From NCBI GenBank assembly GCA_041191425.1, contig JBEEOX010000001.1, positions 1 through 34,399 of the forward strand: a stretch of DNA of 34,399 bases, written 5' to 3'. Origin of the DNA: Verrucomicrobiota bacterium (GTDB lineage Bacteria > Verrucomicrobiota > Verrucomicrobiia > Verrucomicrobiales > Akkermansiaceae). The notes under the pieces are model-generated. The model was not told the origin of the DNA and ran no database searches. It worked only from the letters and a program-made list of their open reading frames with translations. The translations under genes and the position numbers were made by a program. Within the stretch, counting starts at the first letter, position 1. Every line of letters begins with the position of its first letter. Of this stretch, positions 10,286 to 19,692 are shown piece by piece.

Positions 10286-10399
10286 GGCTGCAAGTGTGTC
10301 TGCAATGCGGCGCAGGGTTCAAGCACGGAAGATGCGCGGGCTGTTCTAATTTATCGCTTCTCAATTCATTCCCAAGCTCGCAACTTGTCATCCACCTTC

Positions 10400-11875
10400 A
10401 TGAAATCCATCGCTCTCTTCCTCGCACTGGCCCTGCCCGCCGCCGCGACCAATGTGGTATTCATCATGGCCGATGACCTCGGTTACATGGATACGGGTTT
10501 TAACAATCCGCAGACATTTTACGAGACCCCCAACCTCGACCAGCTTGCCAAACAGGGAATGCGTTTCACCGCGGGCTACGCGGCATGCCCCGTGTGCTCG
10601 CCAACGCGCTCATCGATTCTCACCGGTCAATACCCGGCGCGCACGCGCAACACCGACTACTTCGGAGCGCCCAATGGATTTGAGAAAATTCCGCCGCAAG
10701 CGATGGATCCGAAGTCGGGGGACTACGGCAAAAATGCGAATTACCCAGTGCTACCAGCTCCTTACCTCAACCGCCTCGCCGAATCACACACGACGCTTGC
10801 GGAAGCCTTCAAGGCCAAGGGCTACGCCACCATGCACGCTGGCAAATGGCACCTTGGCTCCAAAGGTTCATTGCCCGAAGATCACGGATTCGACATCAAC
10901 ATCGGCGGCACTCATCTGGGCGGACCCTATGGCGGCAAGTGCTACTTCTCGCCCTACGGAAATCCGAAAATTCCTGATGGCCCGCCCGGCGAACATTTGC
11001 CCGACCGCTTGGCGACCGAAGTTTCCAAGTTCATCACCGCAAACAAGGACAAGCCATTCTTTGTTTACCTTCCCTTTTACTCGGTTCACACGCCACTGAT
11101 GGGGCGTCCTGATCTCGTCGAGAAATACGAAAAAAAACGGCAGAAGCTCGGACTCAAGGCCGCGTTTGCTTCGGAGCCTCCGCGTGAAAATCGCACGGTT
11201 CAAGAGCACGCGATTTACGCGGCGATGGTGGAGGCCATGGACGAGGCCGTCGGCAAGGTCGTTAAGGCCATCGACGACAACGGCCTGACGAATGACACCA
11301 TCGTTATTTTTTTCTCGGATAATGGCGGACTCTCCACCTCTGAGGGATCGCCCACTTGCAACCTTCCGTTTCGTGCCGGCAAGGGATGGACTTACGAGGG
11401 CGGCATTCGCGAACCACTCGTGGTGCGCTGGCCCGCCAAGGTGAAGCCCGGCAGCACCTGTGACACGCCTATCATCTCCACGGACTTCTATCCGACCTTG
11501 ATCAAGGCCTGCGGATTTTCACCGATGCCGCAACAACACATCGATGGATTCAGTTTTCTCAATGTGCTCAAAAACCCTTCGTCCAAGCACGAACGCGCGC
11601 CGCTTTTCTGGCACTATCCGCATTGGGGAAATCAGGGCGGCATTCCTTCATCCGCCATTCGCGACGGCGACTGGAAACTCATCGTGTTCTATTTCAAAAA
11701 AGAACCCGAGCTCTACAACCTTGCGAATGACCCAAGCGAGCGACACAACCTCGCTGACAAAAATCCCGCCAAGCTCAATGAGCTGAAAACCAAGCTCGAT
11801 GCTCATCTCAAGGAGACCGATGCCCTCATGCCGATCAGCAATCCGAATGCGACGATGCCATTCGACAACTGGTGA
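10400..11875 (+). CDS. Secreted Cys-type (formylglycine-dependent) sulfatase
   Basis: Short signal peptide MKSIALFLALALPAAA, then NVVFIMADDLG, CSPTRSSILTG (CxPxR), GKWHLG, SDNGG and YEGGIREP. Confidence 0.95.
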   Translation: MKSIALFLALALPAAATNVVFIMADDLGYMDTGFNNPQTFYETPNLDQLAKQGMRFTAGYAACPVCSPTRSSILTGQYPARTRNTDYFGAPNGFEKIPPQAMDPKSGDYGKNANYPVLPAPYLNRLAESHTTLAEAFKAKGYATMHAGKWHLGSKGSLPEDHGFDINIGGTHLGGPYGGKCYFSPYGNPKIPDGPPGEHLPDRLATEVSKFITANKDKPFFVYLPFYSVHTPLMGRPDLVEKYEKKRQKLGLKAAFASEPPRENRTVQEHAIYAAMVEAMDEAVGKVVKAIDDNGLTNDTIVIFFSDNGGLSTSEGSPTCNLPFRAGKGWTYEGGIREPLVVRWPAKVKPGSTCDTPIISTDFYPTLIKACGFSPMPQQHIDGFSFLNVLKNPSSKHERAPLFWHYPHWGNQGGIPSSAIRDGDWKLIVFYFKKEPELYNLANDPSERHNLADKNPAKLNELKTKLDAHLKETDALMPISNPNATMPFDNW

Positions 11876-11900
11876 TCGCGCGGCCTGAACTAGGCATCTG

Positions 11901-12947
11901 TCACGCCGGCTGTTGCTGTGAAATGCAATGTAGCGTGCCGCCTTCCTCGACGAGCTCGAGGCAATCGATGCCGGTGACTTTGCGATCAGGGAACAATTCG
12001 CGGATCATGCCGAGCGCGCGGTCGTCGTTTTTGGGCTGACGAAATGTCGGCACGAGCACGCCGCCATCGACGATGAGGAAATTCACATACGAGGCCGGCA
12101 AGATCGGCAGTCGCCAGCCAGGGATTTCGCAGGCCTCGGGCAAGGGGATTTCGATGACCTCGAACGGGCGATGGTCGGGTCCATGAAACGATCGCAGTCG
12201 CGCGAGGTTGTCATCGAGCACCGCGCGGTTGGCCGATTGTGATGAGCTCTCAACGCAGGCGAGTATGGTGTGTTCATCGACGAATCGCGCGAGGTCATCG
12301 ATGTGGCCGTCGGTGTCATCGCCAACGATGCCTTGCTTGAGCCAGAGGATGTCGGTGACGCCGAGGCCCTCGCGGAGTTTTTGTTCGATCGTCGCGCGGT
12401 CGAGATGCGCATTGCGGTTAGGATTGAGCAATACGGCTTCGGTGGTGAGAAGTTGCCCGCGGCCATTCACCTCGATGGCGCCACCTTCAAGGACCATGCC
12501 ACCCTTGAATCGGCGGATGCCGAGCGAGCTGGCGATGCGCGACGGGATGGTGTCGTCGAGATCCCATGGTGGAAACTTTCCGCCCCATGCATTGAACTCC
12601 CAATCGGTCAGAGCCACCTCACCAGTTTCCTGATGCTTCACAAAGATCGGCCCGTGATCGCGGCACCACACGTCATTGTGCGGATGATCGAACAACTGCA
12701 CCCGCTCGGGTACTGCTTTCGCGCTGTTGCATGCGGCACTGATCGACGCATGAGATTCTTTGGGTGCGTTGATGCGTACGATTTCGTGATTCGAAATGGC
12801 GGCGGCGATCTCGGCGAATTTCGCGTGGATCGAATCGCGTTTGGATCCGCCCCAGTGGCGTGGGTCATCCACCGGCCACGATAGCCATACCGCCTCCTGG
12901 GCGGACCACTCGGCGGGCATGCAAAATCCTTCGGCTGCGGCGGACAT
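11901..12947 (-). CDS. Agmatine deiminase / peptidylarginine deiminase (PPAD) family protein
   Basis: MPAEW, DVWCRDHGP, FNAWGGK, LEGGAIEVNG, DDTDGHID, ASYVNF and catalytic GGTLHCISQQ. Start trimmed to MSAAAEG. Confidence 0.93.
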   Translation of the reverse strand: MSAAAEGFCMPAEWSAQEAVWLSWPVDDPRHWGGSKRDSIHAKFAEIAAAISNHEIVRINAPKESHASISAACNSAKAVPERVQLFDHPHNDVWCRDHGPIFVKHQETGEVALTDWEFNAWGGKFPPWDLDDTIPSRIASSLGIRRFKGGMVLEGGAIEVNGRGQLLTTEAVLLNPNRNAHLDRATIEQKLREGLGVTDILWLKQGIVGDDTDGHIDDLARFVDEHTILACVESSSQSANRAVLDDNLARLRSFHGPDHRPFEVIEIPLPEACEIPGWRLPILPASYVNFLIVDGGVLVPTFRQPKNDDRALGMIRELFPDRKVTGIDCLELVEEGGTLHCISQQQPA

Positions 12948-13014
12948 GCGCGGATGCTGCATCGGCGTCGGCCAGTTGATCCAGTCGGTAATTCGCTTTT
13001 CATGACGCCACTCC

Positions 13015-13370
13015 GGTAGGGCGTCGCGGCCTCGCGGCGCCGATTCATTGAGAAATGATTCACCGCCAAGATACCAAGGTCGCCAAGGGACACAGAGGAG
13101 AAGTGATCGTGGATCGTGGATTGTGGATCGAAGAAGCCGTTTCTTCAAAGGGGCGCGCCGGCGTCCCGCCGGCCTTGTCACGCATCTTGCGGGAAACTTC
13201 TTTCATCTCAGGTAGGGCGATGCGGCCCGCAGCGCCGACTCTTTGAAGAAAAATGCTGAACCGCGAATGAACGCCAATGGACGCAAATGTGAATAGATCA
13301 TGAATGCCCAAATCGGCAGGGGCCATTGTGCCCAAAGGTCAGCGCGAATGAAGACGGATCGTGGATCGTG
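13015..13370. repeat. Mosaic repeat cluster: GTAG-footed REP-like hairpins plus 7-, 9- and 10-nt periodic repeats
   Basis: GGTAG-GGCGTCGCG-GCCT-CGCGGCGCC (13015-13041); GGTAG-GGCGATGCG-GCC-CGCAGCGCC (13211-13236); GCCGGCG-TCC-CGCCGGC (within 13151-13174); GATCGTG-like units x3-4 (13105-13130, also 13356-13370); CCAAG at 9-nt period (13061-13097); CGCNAATG at 10-nt period (13262-13289). Confidence 0.8.
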
Positions 13371-13683
13371 CCAGATGGAGTGACGGCTGGTAAACAAAGG
13401 TTCATCGATTCTTCCGTTTGGCTGACAATCTGGATGGGCGCTAAAAATATCGGCATTTTTTGGAGTAGCGATCAAAATGAATCCCTTTAATTTGTGAGTA
13501 ATTAAAAAACCTCATCATTTACTTGCTCTAATACGAAATCATTCGGTATACATTGATTCCTAACTCATCAGGTGAAGCAAAATAAGTATAGATTGTCCAT
13601 CATCGCTCCCGCGCTCCCAATCTTTGATGAAGAGCTCTAGGTTGAAATGCGTTCCACTCAAAAATGGCTAGCTTGATTCGAGA

Positions 13684-15108
13684 ATGAAAACAAAATCCGA
13701 TTTCTACGAGATCCTCGGCGTGCCACGCTCCGCTTCAGCTGCCGAAATCAAGTCAGCCTATCGTAAACGGGCTAAAGAGATACACCCCGACATAAACTCC
13801 CACCCGAACGCGACGGCGGATTTCCAGAGGTTGCAGGAGGCGTTCTCCGTGCTCGGCAGCCCAGAACGCAAGGCTTTGTATGACCAAGGCGACTATGCCG
13901 CTGCAACTGATCCATCCACAAAAGCGACTGAGGCGGATCTTGAACCGATGCAATGTGATGCCTGCGGATGTATATCAGCACAACTGCGTTTTGTTCTCTA
14001 CGACCGGGTTACCAGCATCCTTCTGGCGTCATATAAGCAACACCTAGCAGGAGTTTTCTGCCCCTCCTGTGCATGCAAGAAGCTATTTTTTAGCACCTTG
14101 ATCACAGGAGCAATAGGCTGGCTTGGTTTTTTGGGGTTCTTCTGGTCAATCGCGGCCGTGGCACGCAACCTCGCTGGCGGAAAACATCCGCCAGGGCTTA
14201 ATGCTTTTATTCTTGGGAGGCAGTCACTTTATTTGCTGCGCCAAGGCAAAAATGATGTTGCCCATCTGCTGGCGAAAGAGTCCATCGCCCACTTCAAAAA
14301 ATGCCGCACCGATGACCGCGACTACTCTCTCGGAGAAATCGGCGCAAGTGCTTCCCAATCTGTCCTAGGCAGCACTTCTGTATTCACTGGCAAACTTCGC
14401 TCAAGTTGGGTGGGTTGGTCTAGACCGGGCCGTTCCGCGTTTTACGGGTTAGCGATTCCAATAGCATTTTGGGTTTTCTTTTTGGGAAACAATCTTTCTT
14501 CCAAAGAACAGTCTGCCAAGAGGCAATCGACCTACACGCAAAGTACTACGAGTGCAAACTACACCTCACATCATAAACCAGACCCCGTTGGGCCAGTAGC
14601 TGGCGCGGAGCAGTCACATGCACAAACATCGTTCAATTCCGCGCCTCCACGCCTGCCTTTACAGACGAGGCAGACGACACAGGCTCTTCCGAAATATGTA
14701 CGTCCAGCCTTAGCCCCAAATGGGTATCCCTGGCCATCGTTTCCATCTGAAATGTCAGGTTATGCAGCTTACCACAACGACGGGCATTCCAAGGTTACTG
14801 TCGACAATAGCCGATGCTCTTCAGATGTATGCGTAAAATTAGTATCTTTGGATTATGCAACGCCACTGCCAGTTAGAACCTTTTACATTCCTGCCTACTG
14901 CACTTTCACTTGCGAAAAAGTTCGAAAGGGCAACTATGACATTAGGTATCGCGACCTACATACAGGAAAGTTGAGTAAATCGGAGCCATTCAATCTTATC
15001 GAAACAATTACCAATGAGGGCATAAACTACAGCACAATCAGCTTAACCTTGTATTCTGTTGCCAACGGCAACATGAACACAGAGGCGATTTCGGAGGACG
15101 AGTTCTGA
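13684..15108 (+). CDS. Membrane-anchored J-domain (DnaJ-like, class C) protein with CxxC pairs and an uncharacterised C-terminal domain
   Basis: DFYEILGV...IKSAYRKRAKEIHPD...FQRLQEAFSVL...YD (J domain), then CDAC and CPSC, two hydrophobic stretches, an S/T/Q-rich linker and a beta-rich C-terminal domain ending EDEF. More AT-rich than neighbouring genes. Confidence 0.85.
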   Translation: MKTKSDFYEILGVPRSASAAEIKSAYRKRAKEIHPDINSHPNATADFQRLQEAFSVLGSPERKALYDQGDYAAATDPSTKATEADLEPMQCDACGCISAQLRFVLYDRVTSILLASYKQHLAGVFCPSCACKKLFFSTLITGAIGWLGFLGFFWSIAAVARNLAGGKHPPGLNAFILGRQSLYLLRQGKNDVAHLLAKESIAHFKKCRTDDRDYSLGEIGASASQSVLGSTSVFTGKLRSSWVGWSRPGRSAFYGLAIPIAFWVFFLGNNLSSKEQSAKRQSTYTQSTTSANYTSHHKPDPVGPVAGAEQSHAQTSFNSAPPRLPLQTRQTTQALPKYVRPALAPNGYPWPSFPSEMSGYAAYHNDGHSKVTVDNSRCSSDVCVKLVSLDYATPLPVRTFYIPAYCTFTCEKVRKGNYDIRYRDLHTGKLSKSEPFNLIETITNEGINYSTISLTLYSVANGNMNTEAISEDEF

Positions 15109-15118
15109 ATCACATCGA

Positions 15119-15886
15119 ATGAAAACTACTATACAACCCAAACTTCATGACGCGGAGATCGCAAATCAACCGAACAAGAGCGGGCTCAAGTCATTATACA
15201 AAAAGATTTTCTGGCGATTTCTCCTAATCGTCTTGTTTCTCACTCTATTCCTCGCAGTTGCTTTCATTAGAGATTCCCAGAAATCGTTCAAAAATGACAA
15301 GGGCTGGGTGATAGAGATGTTAAACATGAACGGGGAGTGGGAGAAAATGATGACTGTTCATGGATACTCGAGATCCTTCGGAATCGATCACAATTATACA
15401 ACCGCTTGCAAAATCGCCGATTACATGCATCGAATGTACAATCGAATCTACCGCGTTTCTTCCATCAATAAACAATCCTATATTCCGCAACAGATGTTTG
15501 ATGGCAAGAGCTCGCTCTCAAAATTAGAAAAGATTACAATTCTAGAGGAGTGCCATAAAAAGCTTGATGCTCTTGCGCAACAAGTTTCCAGCGAGCGCTA
15601 TGAGGTAAATTGGCGCTCAACGCAAATATTCATTGATCTGAAACTTGCAAATAAAGAATGGGTAAATGCAAAGAATGATCTTGATGAAATCATAACCTCT
15701 ATATCCAAGGTTATTTATGCTCCTTACGAAGGAGCTGATCCAGAAAATTTTATTTTAAATGCATGGGTGGAAACGAGCCATCTTCCAAGTGTAGCTATCT
15801 GTCCAAAGGACGATGCTATCGAAAATATTCAATATTATAAGAAATTTCTCATAAATTTAATTCGTGATATGAAAAAACAATCATAG
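15119..15886 (+). CDS. Hypothetical protein with a single N-terminal TM helix (orphan, AT-rich)
   Basis: 255-aa open frame in very AT-rich DNA, 10 nt after the J-protein stop. TM segment IFWRFLLIVLFLTLFLAVAFI. No family recognised. Confidence 0.7.
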   Translation: MKTTIQPKLHDAEIANQPNKSGLKSLYKKIFWRFLLIVLFLTLFLAVAFIRDSQKSFKNDKGWVIEMLNMNGEWEKMMTVHGYSRSFGIDHNYTTACKIADYMHRMYNRIYRVSSINKQSYIPQQMFDGKSSLSKLEKITILEECHKKLDALAQQVSSERYEVNWRSTQIFIDLKLANKEWVNAKNDLDEIITSISKVIYAPYEGADPENFILNAWVETSHLPSVAICPKDDAIENIQYYKKFLINLIRDMKKQS

Positions 15887-15970
15887 ATATGATTTCATAA
15901 TCACACCATTCTATCTCCTAGACAAAATATTGCATACTGGGGCAAATACCCGCAGTCTAACAGTCTTAAT

Positions 15971-16310
15971 TTCCTCCGCGAAGCCCTCCGCGCGCTCCGC
16001 GCCTCGGCGTTTCGATTTGGCAAATAGACAGAGAAGAAGTTTCAAGGTTCAAGTGGTCAGTTTTAAGCAAAGACAGAAAACTTGAAGACCGAAGCAGCCA
16101 GATCGGAAGTAGCTGATTCCTCGGCTACTTCAAAACATGGAGCGGGACGCTCCATGGACGGCCTGGAGCAAGATGCTCCAGCCACAGGGAAAACATGCGG
16201 TCTCGGCGAGACCGCGCTACCTGAAGAGGCGATCTCTTGCCAGACCTTCGACCTTGGACTTTTAGACCTTCGACTCTGTCCCCACTAACCTCTAACTTTT
16301 TCCCCTTCGC
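15971..16310. repeat. Second mosaic repeat cluster (REP-like hairpins and heptamer runs)
   Basis: CTCCGCG units (15974-16010); TTTCAAG/GTTCAAG/TGGTCAG/TTTTAAG (16040-16067); hairpins GAAGTAGC..GCTACTTC (16106-16131), ATGGAGCG-GGA-CGCTCCAT (16137-16155), CTGGAGCA-AGA-TGCTCCAG-CCAC (16163-16185) and GCGGTCTC-GGC-GAGACCGC-GCTACC (16197-16221, GGTAG foot on the minus strand); GACCTTC-like units x4-5 (16243-16277). Confidence 0.8.
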
Positions 16311-16429
16311 GGATTTCGCATCGGGATGGTCCGCCGGTTTCAGTCGGCAATTCGCTTTTGGGTGAGGCGTTCTATCAAGTTGTCACTTGCGGATCGGCAG
16401 GGGTGCTTTTTAATAACCACGCACGCGCC

Positions 16430-18052
16430 ATGAGAATATTGCCTTTGCTGAGTCTTGTTTGGGTTCTGACATCATCGGTCATTCTTGCCGCTGCCAATCA
16501 CGAGCCAGCTTATCCGAATCTTGCCAACGGCAATGTTCAGTACGCCTCGTTTCCCAAGCCTCTGGAAACCTACCCTCCGGCCAACGGCAGCATGATGGAA
16601 ACGATCAAGGCGCGCGCGGCGGCGGATCCTTTCAATGTCTCAGCCACGGTCGTCTTTCTCCTCGCGATTTTGCATACCTTCGCCGCGGGTCCGATCAACC
16701 GCTTGGCCCACCACTACGAGCATCAGCACGATGAGCAACTTCGCGTGCGCGGTGTGCGCGACAAATTGCATCCCGACGGCGTGGCTGAAGTTTCCTTCAA
16801 GGCGACGCTTCTGCACTTCCTCGGCGAGGTCGAGGCGGTCTTCGGCATCTGGGTGCTCGTGCTCGCGGGCGTGGCGGTCTACTTCCATTCGTGGCATGAC
16901 TTTGTGCTCTATGCGGCGGAGGATCGGGTTTACACTGAGCCGCTCTTTGTCGTGGTCATCATGGCCATCGCGGCGAGTCGTCCTGTGCTTCGCTTTGCCG
17001 AAGCGATGATGGCCAAGGCGGCGGCACTTGGCGGTGGGACACCGACGGCATGGTGGATGAGCGTGCTGGTCATTGCTCCGGTGCTCGGTTCCTTCATCAC
17101 CGAGCCGGCAGCGATGACGATTGGTGCCTTGCTGCTTGGTAAAAAATTCTATCGCCTTCATCCCTCACCGAAACTCGCTTACGGCACCTTGGGATTGCTG
17201 TTTGTGAACATCTCGGTTGGCGGCACGCTGACGCATTTTGCTGCGCCGCCGGTCTTGATGGTGGCAGGAAAATGGGGCTGGGACGCGCCATTCATGATCG
17301 AGCACTTCGGTTGGAAGGCGTTGGTCGGCATCGTCTTCTCCTCGGTCCTCTACTTCCTCGTTTTCCGCAAGGATCTGTTCAAATTGTCCGATGCAGCAGA
17401 TGGCACGGTGGATGGCGTGCTTCATGCCGCGCCATGGTCGGAGCGGGATCATCCGATTCCCCATTGGGTGACGCTGGTGCATCTCGCGTTTCTCGCTTGG
17501 ACGGTTTACACCACGCATTACCCCGCGCTCTTCATTGGCGGATTCCTTTTCTTCCTCGCCTTCACGGTGGCGACGCGGCACCATCAGAATCCGATTGCTT
17601 TACGCAGCCCGATGCTTGTCGGATTCTTTCTCGCCGGATTGGTCATCCACGGAGGTTGCCAAGGATGGTGGATCGAACCAGTGATCAAGGCCTTGGATGA
17701 TCAGGCTCTGATGTTTGGTGCGACGATTCTCACTGGCTTCAATGACAATGCGGCGATCACCTATCTTGCGGCGCAGGTCGATGGGATTTCCTTGGCAGCG
17801 AAACATGCAGTGGTTGCCGGCGCGGTGACCGGTGGCGGTCTCACGGTCATTGCGAATGCGCCCAACCCTGCGGGTCAGAGCATTTTGGCGAAATATTTCC
17901 GCAGCGGAGTCTCGCCGCTTGGTCTTTTCCTTGGTGCCTTAATTCCCACAATCATCATGTATCTCTGCTTTGTGTTTTTGCCAAACGGCAGCGCCAAGGA
18001 GCATCCCGTTGATGTGCCGCCCGCACAGGAGCAGGTCGTTCCCAACCCCTGA
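16430..18052 (+). CDS. Putative Na+/H+ antiporter (DUF1504 family)
   Basis: Multi-TM protein with HFLGEVEAVFGIW, YTEPLFV, GSFITEPAAMT, LFVNISVGGTLTHFAAPPVLMVA, DNAAITYL and GAVTGGGLTVIANAPNPAG. Start trimmed to MRILP. Confidence 0.85.
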   Translation: MRILPLLSLVWVLTSSVILAAANHEPAYPNLANGNVQYASFPKPLETYPPANGSMMETIKARAAADPFNVSATVVFLLAILHTFAAGPINRLAHHYEHQHDEQLRVRGVRDKLHPDGVAEVSFKATLLHFLGEVEAVFGIWVLVLAGVAVYFHSWHDFVLYAAEDRVYTEPLFVVVIMAIAASRPVLRFAEAMMAKAAALGGGTPTAWWMSVLVIAPVLGSFITEPAAMTIGALLLGKKFYRLHPSPKLAYGTLGLLFVNISVGGTLTHFAAPPVLMVAGKWGWDAPFMIEHFGWKALVGIVFSSVLYFLVFRKDLFKLSDAADGTVDGVLHAAPWSERDHPIPHWVTLVHLAFLAWTVYTTHYPALFIGGFLFFLAFTVATRHHQNPIALRSPMLVGFFLAGLVIHGGCQGWWIEPVIKALDDQALMFGATILTGFNDNAAITYLAAQVDGISLAAKHAVVAGAVTGGGLTVIANAPNPAGQSILAKYFRSGVSPLGLFLGALIPTIIMYLCFVFLPNGSAKEHPVDVPPAQEQVVPNP

Positions 18053-18057
18053 AATCG

Positions 18058-18660
18058 ATGTTTACCGGATTGGTCGAAGCACTTGGCACGGTGGTGTCGC
18101 TGGATGCGGGCAGGGGTCAGTCCCGGCTCGTGCTTGCGATTCCTTTTGCATCGGAGTTGGCACTTGGCGACTCGGTCGCGGTGAACGGCTGCTGCCTCAC
18201 GGTGGCGGCGATGGATGGCGATCGCATTGCATTCGACCTGTTGGCGCAAACGCTCGATGTCACTTCGCTGGGCGGTCTCGCGACTGGCATGCGGGTGAAC
18301 CTGGAGCGCGCTATGAAAGTCGGCGATCGCTTCGGAGGGCATTTCGTGCAGGGGCATATCGATGCGGTGGGTCACATTCGTGGCATCGAGGCGCGTGGGC
18401 AGGATCATGTGGTCGATGTCGAATTACCCGAAAGCATCGCGCGTTTGTGCATCGAAAAAGGTTCGCTCGCGGTTGATGGCATTTCACTGACGATTGCTGC
18501 CTTGAAAGGAAACACCGCGACATTTTGGATCACGCCGCACACCTGGGAGCACACCAACCTCCACGCGGCAAAGACTGGCCAGCGCGTGAATCTCGAAGCC
18601 GACATGCTTGCCAAGCATGTCGACAGCCTGCTTGCTGCGCGCCTGAATGCTGGTGCTTGA
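18058..18660 (+). CDS. ribE: Riboflavin synthase (alpha chain; ribC in E. coli nomenclature)
   Basis: MFTGLV, GDSVAVNGCCLTV, VNLERA, GGHFVQGHID, KGSLAVDGISLT and VNLEAD. Confidence 0.97.
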   Translation: MFTGLVEALGTVVSLDAGRGQSRLVLAIPFASELALGDSVAVNGCCLTVAAMDGDRIAFDLLAQTLDVTSLGGLATGMRVNLERAMKVGDRFGGHFVQGHIDAVGHIRGIEARGQDHVVDVELPESIARLCIEKGSLAVDGISLTIAALKGNTATFWITPHTWEHTNLHAAKTGQRVNLEADMLAKHVDSLLAARLNAGA

Positions 18661-18678
18661 TCCTGTTTGCGATCGCCG

Positions 18679-18733
18679 AAAAAATGTGAAGGGCGGTCGC
18701 CGGATCCCGTCCCAGCGGCCGCCCTTCGGTTTC
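18679..18733. terminator. Likely intrinsic terminator between convergent ribE and hsp20
   Basis: Stem GAAGGGCGGTCGC (18688-18700) / GCGGCCGCCCTTC (18715-18727). On the minus strand it is followed by ACATTTTTT. Confidence 0.6.
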
Positions 18734-18794
18734 TCGCGCGCCCGGCTATGGCGGAGCAGGCACGCGGTTCCGTATCAGTTCACGGAAATTTTCA

Positions 18795-19292
18795 TCAACT
18801 CACAGGAATCGCATGCGTGGCATGCTTTGCCTGCGGGTTTTTCGGCAAATGCACTGTGAGAATGCCTTCCTTGTACTCGGAGGTAATCTTCGAAGCATCG
18901 GCTTCGTCGGGCAGCGAGAATGATCGCTCGAAACGACCGTACGACCTCTCGAGGCGATGATAGCGCACGCCCTTGTCCTCTTTTTCCGATTTTCTTTCAC
19001 CGCTGATCGACAAGGTGCCGTCGTCGACATTGACGCGGATGTCTTCCTTGCGAACTTCCGGCAGCTCGGCCTTCACGACATATTCCTTGTCGGTTTCGCC
19101 GATGTCCACCGACGGCGACCATTCGGCAAGTGTCATGGATTCATCGGTACGGATCGGCCAACTTGCGAAGGCGCGTTGCATCCCGCGCATGAGATCTTCC
19201 ATCTCGCGCACGGGGTCCCAGCGCAACGAGGGGCGAAAGATGTCGAATTGATCGGATTTTCCCATCGGGTTCCATTTGGTCAGTATGCTCAT
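18795..19292 (-). CDS. Hsp20/alpha-crystallin small heat-shock protein
   Basis: WSPSVDI.ET..EYVVKAELP, LSISGERK, ERSYGRFERSFSLP and YKEGILTVHLPK, with a C-terminal IPV motif. Confidence 0.95.
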   Translation of the reverse strand: MSILTKWNPMGKSDQFDIFRPSLRWDPVREMEDLMRGMQRAFASWPIRTDESMTLAEWSPSVDIGETDKEYVVKAELPEVRKEDIRVNVDDGTLSISGERKSEKEDKGVRYHRLERSYGRFERSFSLPDEADASKITSEYKEGILTVHLPKNPQAKHATHAIPVS

Positions 19293-19692
19293 AGTTGTAT
19301 GTTCTGTGTTGCCGGCGTTTGTTGTTGTTTCTTCGGTCGTTTCCTCATGCCGGCATTGAGGTCACTGCCTTCCGTTTTCTGATCATCGGTCCGCTATCGG
19401 TCCGCGAAGCATCATAATTCGTGAGCACTTGAATTGAATAGGTGGTCCGCATGATTGTTCGTAGCGGTATTGCCTTAGGCATGCGTGAGGATGCGTGAGA
19501 GCGAATCCGCAGGTAATCACGCCATCACGGGCAATGGGTGATTTCGCGGATGGGTTTTTTCGCAGCGTGCGCATGAACGATTGATGTCGCGGCGCATGGC
19601 GGCGTCGACGCATGTCGCTTATCGGTCATGCTGCAGGACGAGTGCAGCGATGGTTCAGTCATTCACACACGCGCTTGCGCAAAAAATTTCAC

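Noticed and set aside
13015-13370. CRISPR array or integron attC sites
   Set aside because: There are no identical 25-40 nt repeats with regular unique spacers, no clear RYYYAAC...GTTRRRY pairs, and no cas or integrase genes.
12948-13475. Short ORFs and the deiminase N-terminal extension across the repeat cluster (also 16082-16288 and 28269-28469)
   Set aside because: The translations simply read through the periodic repeats (for example STIHDPRS, VDRGLWI), with no coding signal.
19293-19390. ROSE-type RNA thermometer in the hsp20 leader
   Set aside because: Small hairpins exist, but there is no Shine-Dalgarno or anti-SD U(U/C)GCU pairing near the start codon.
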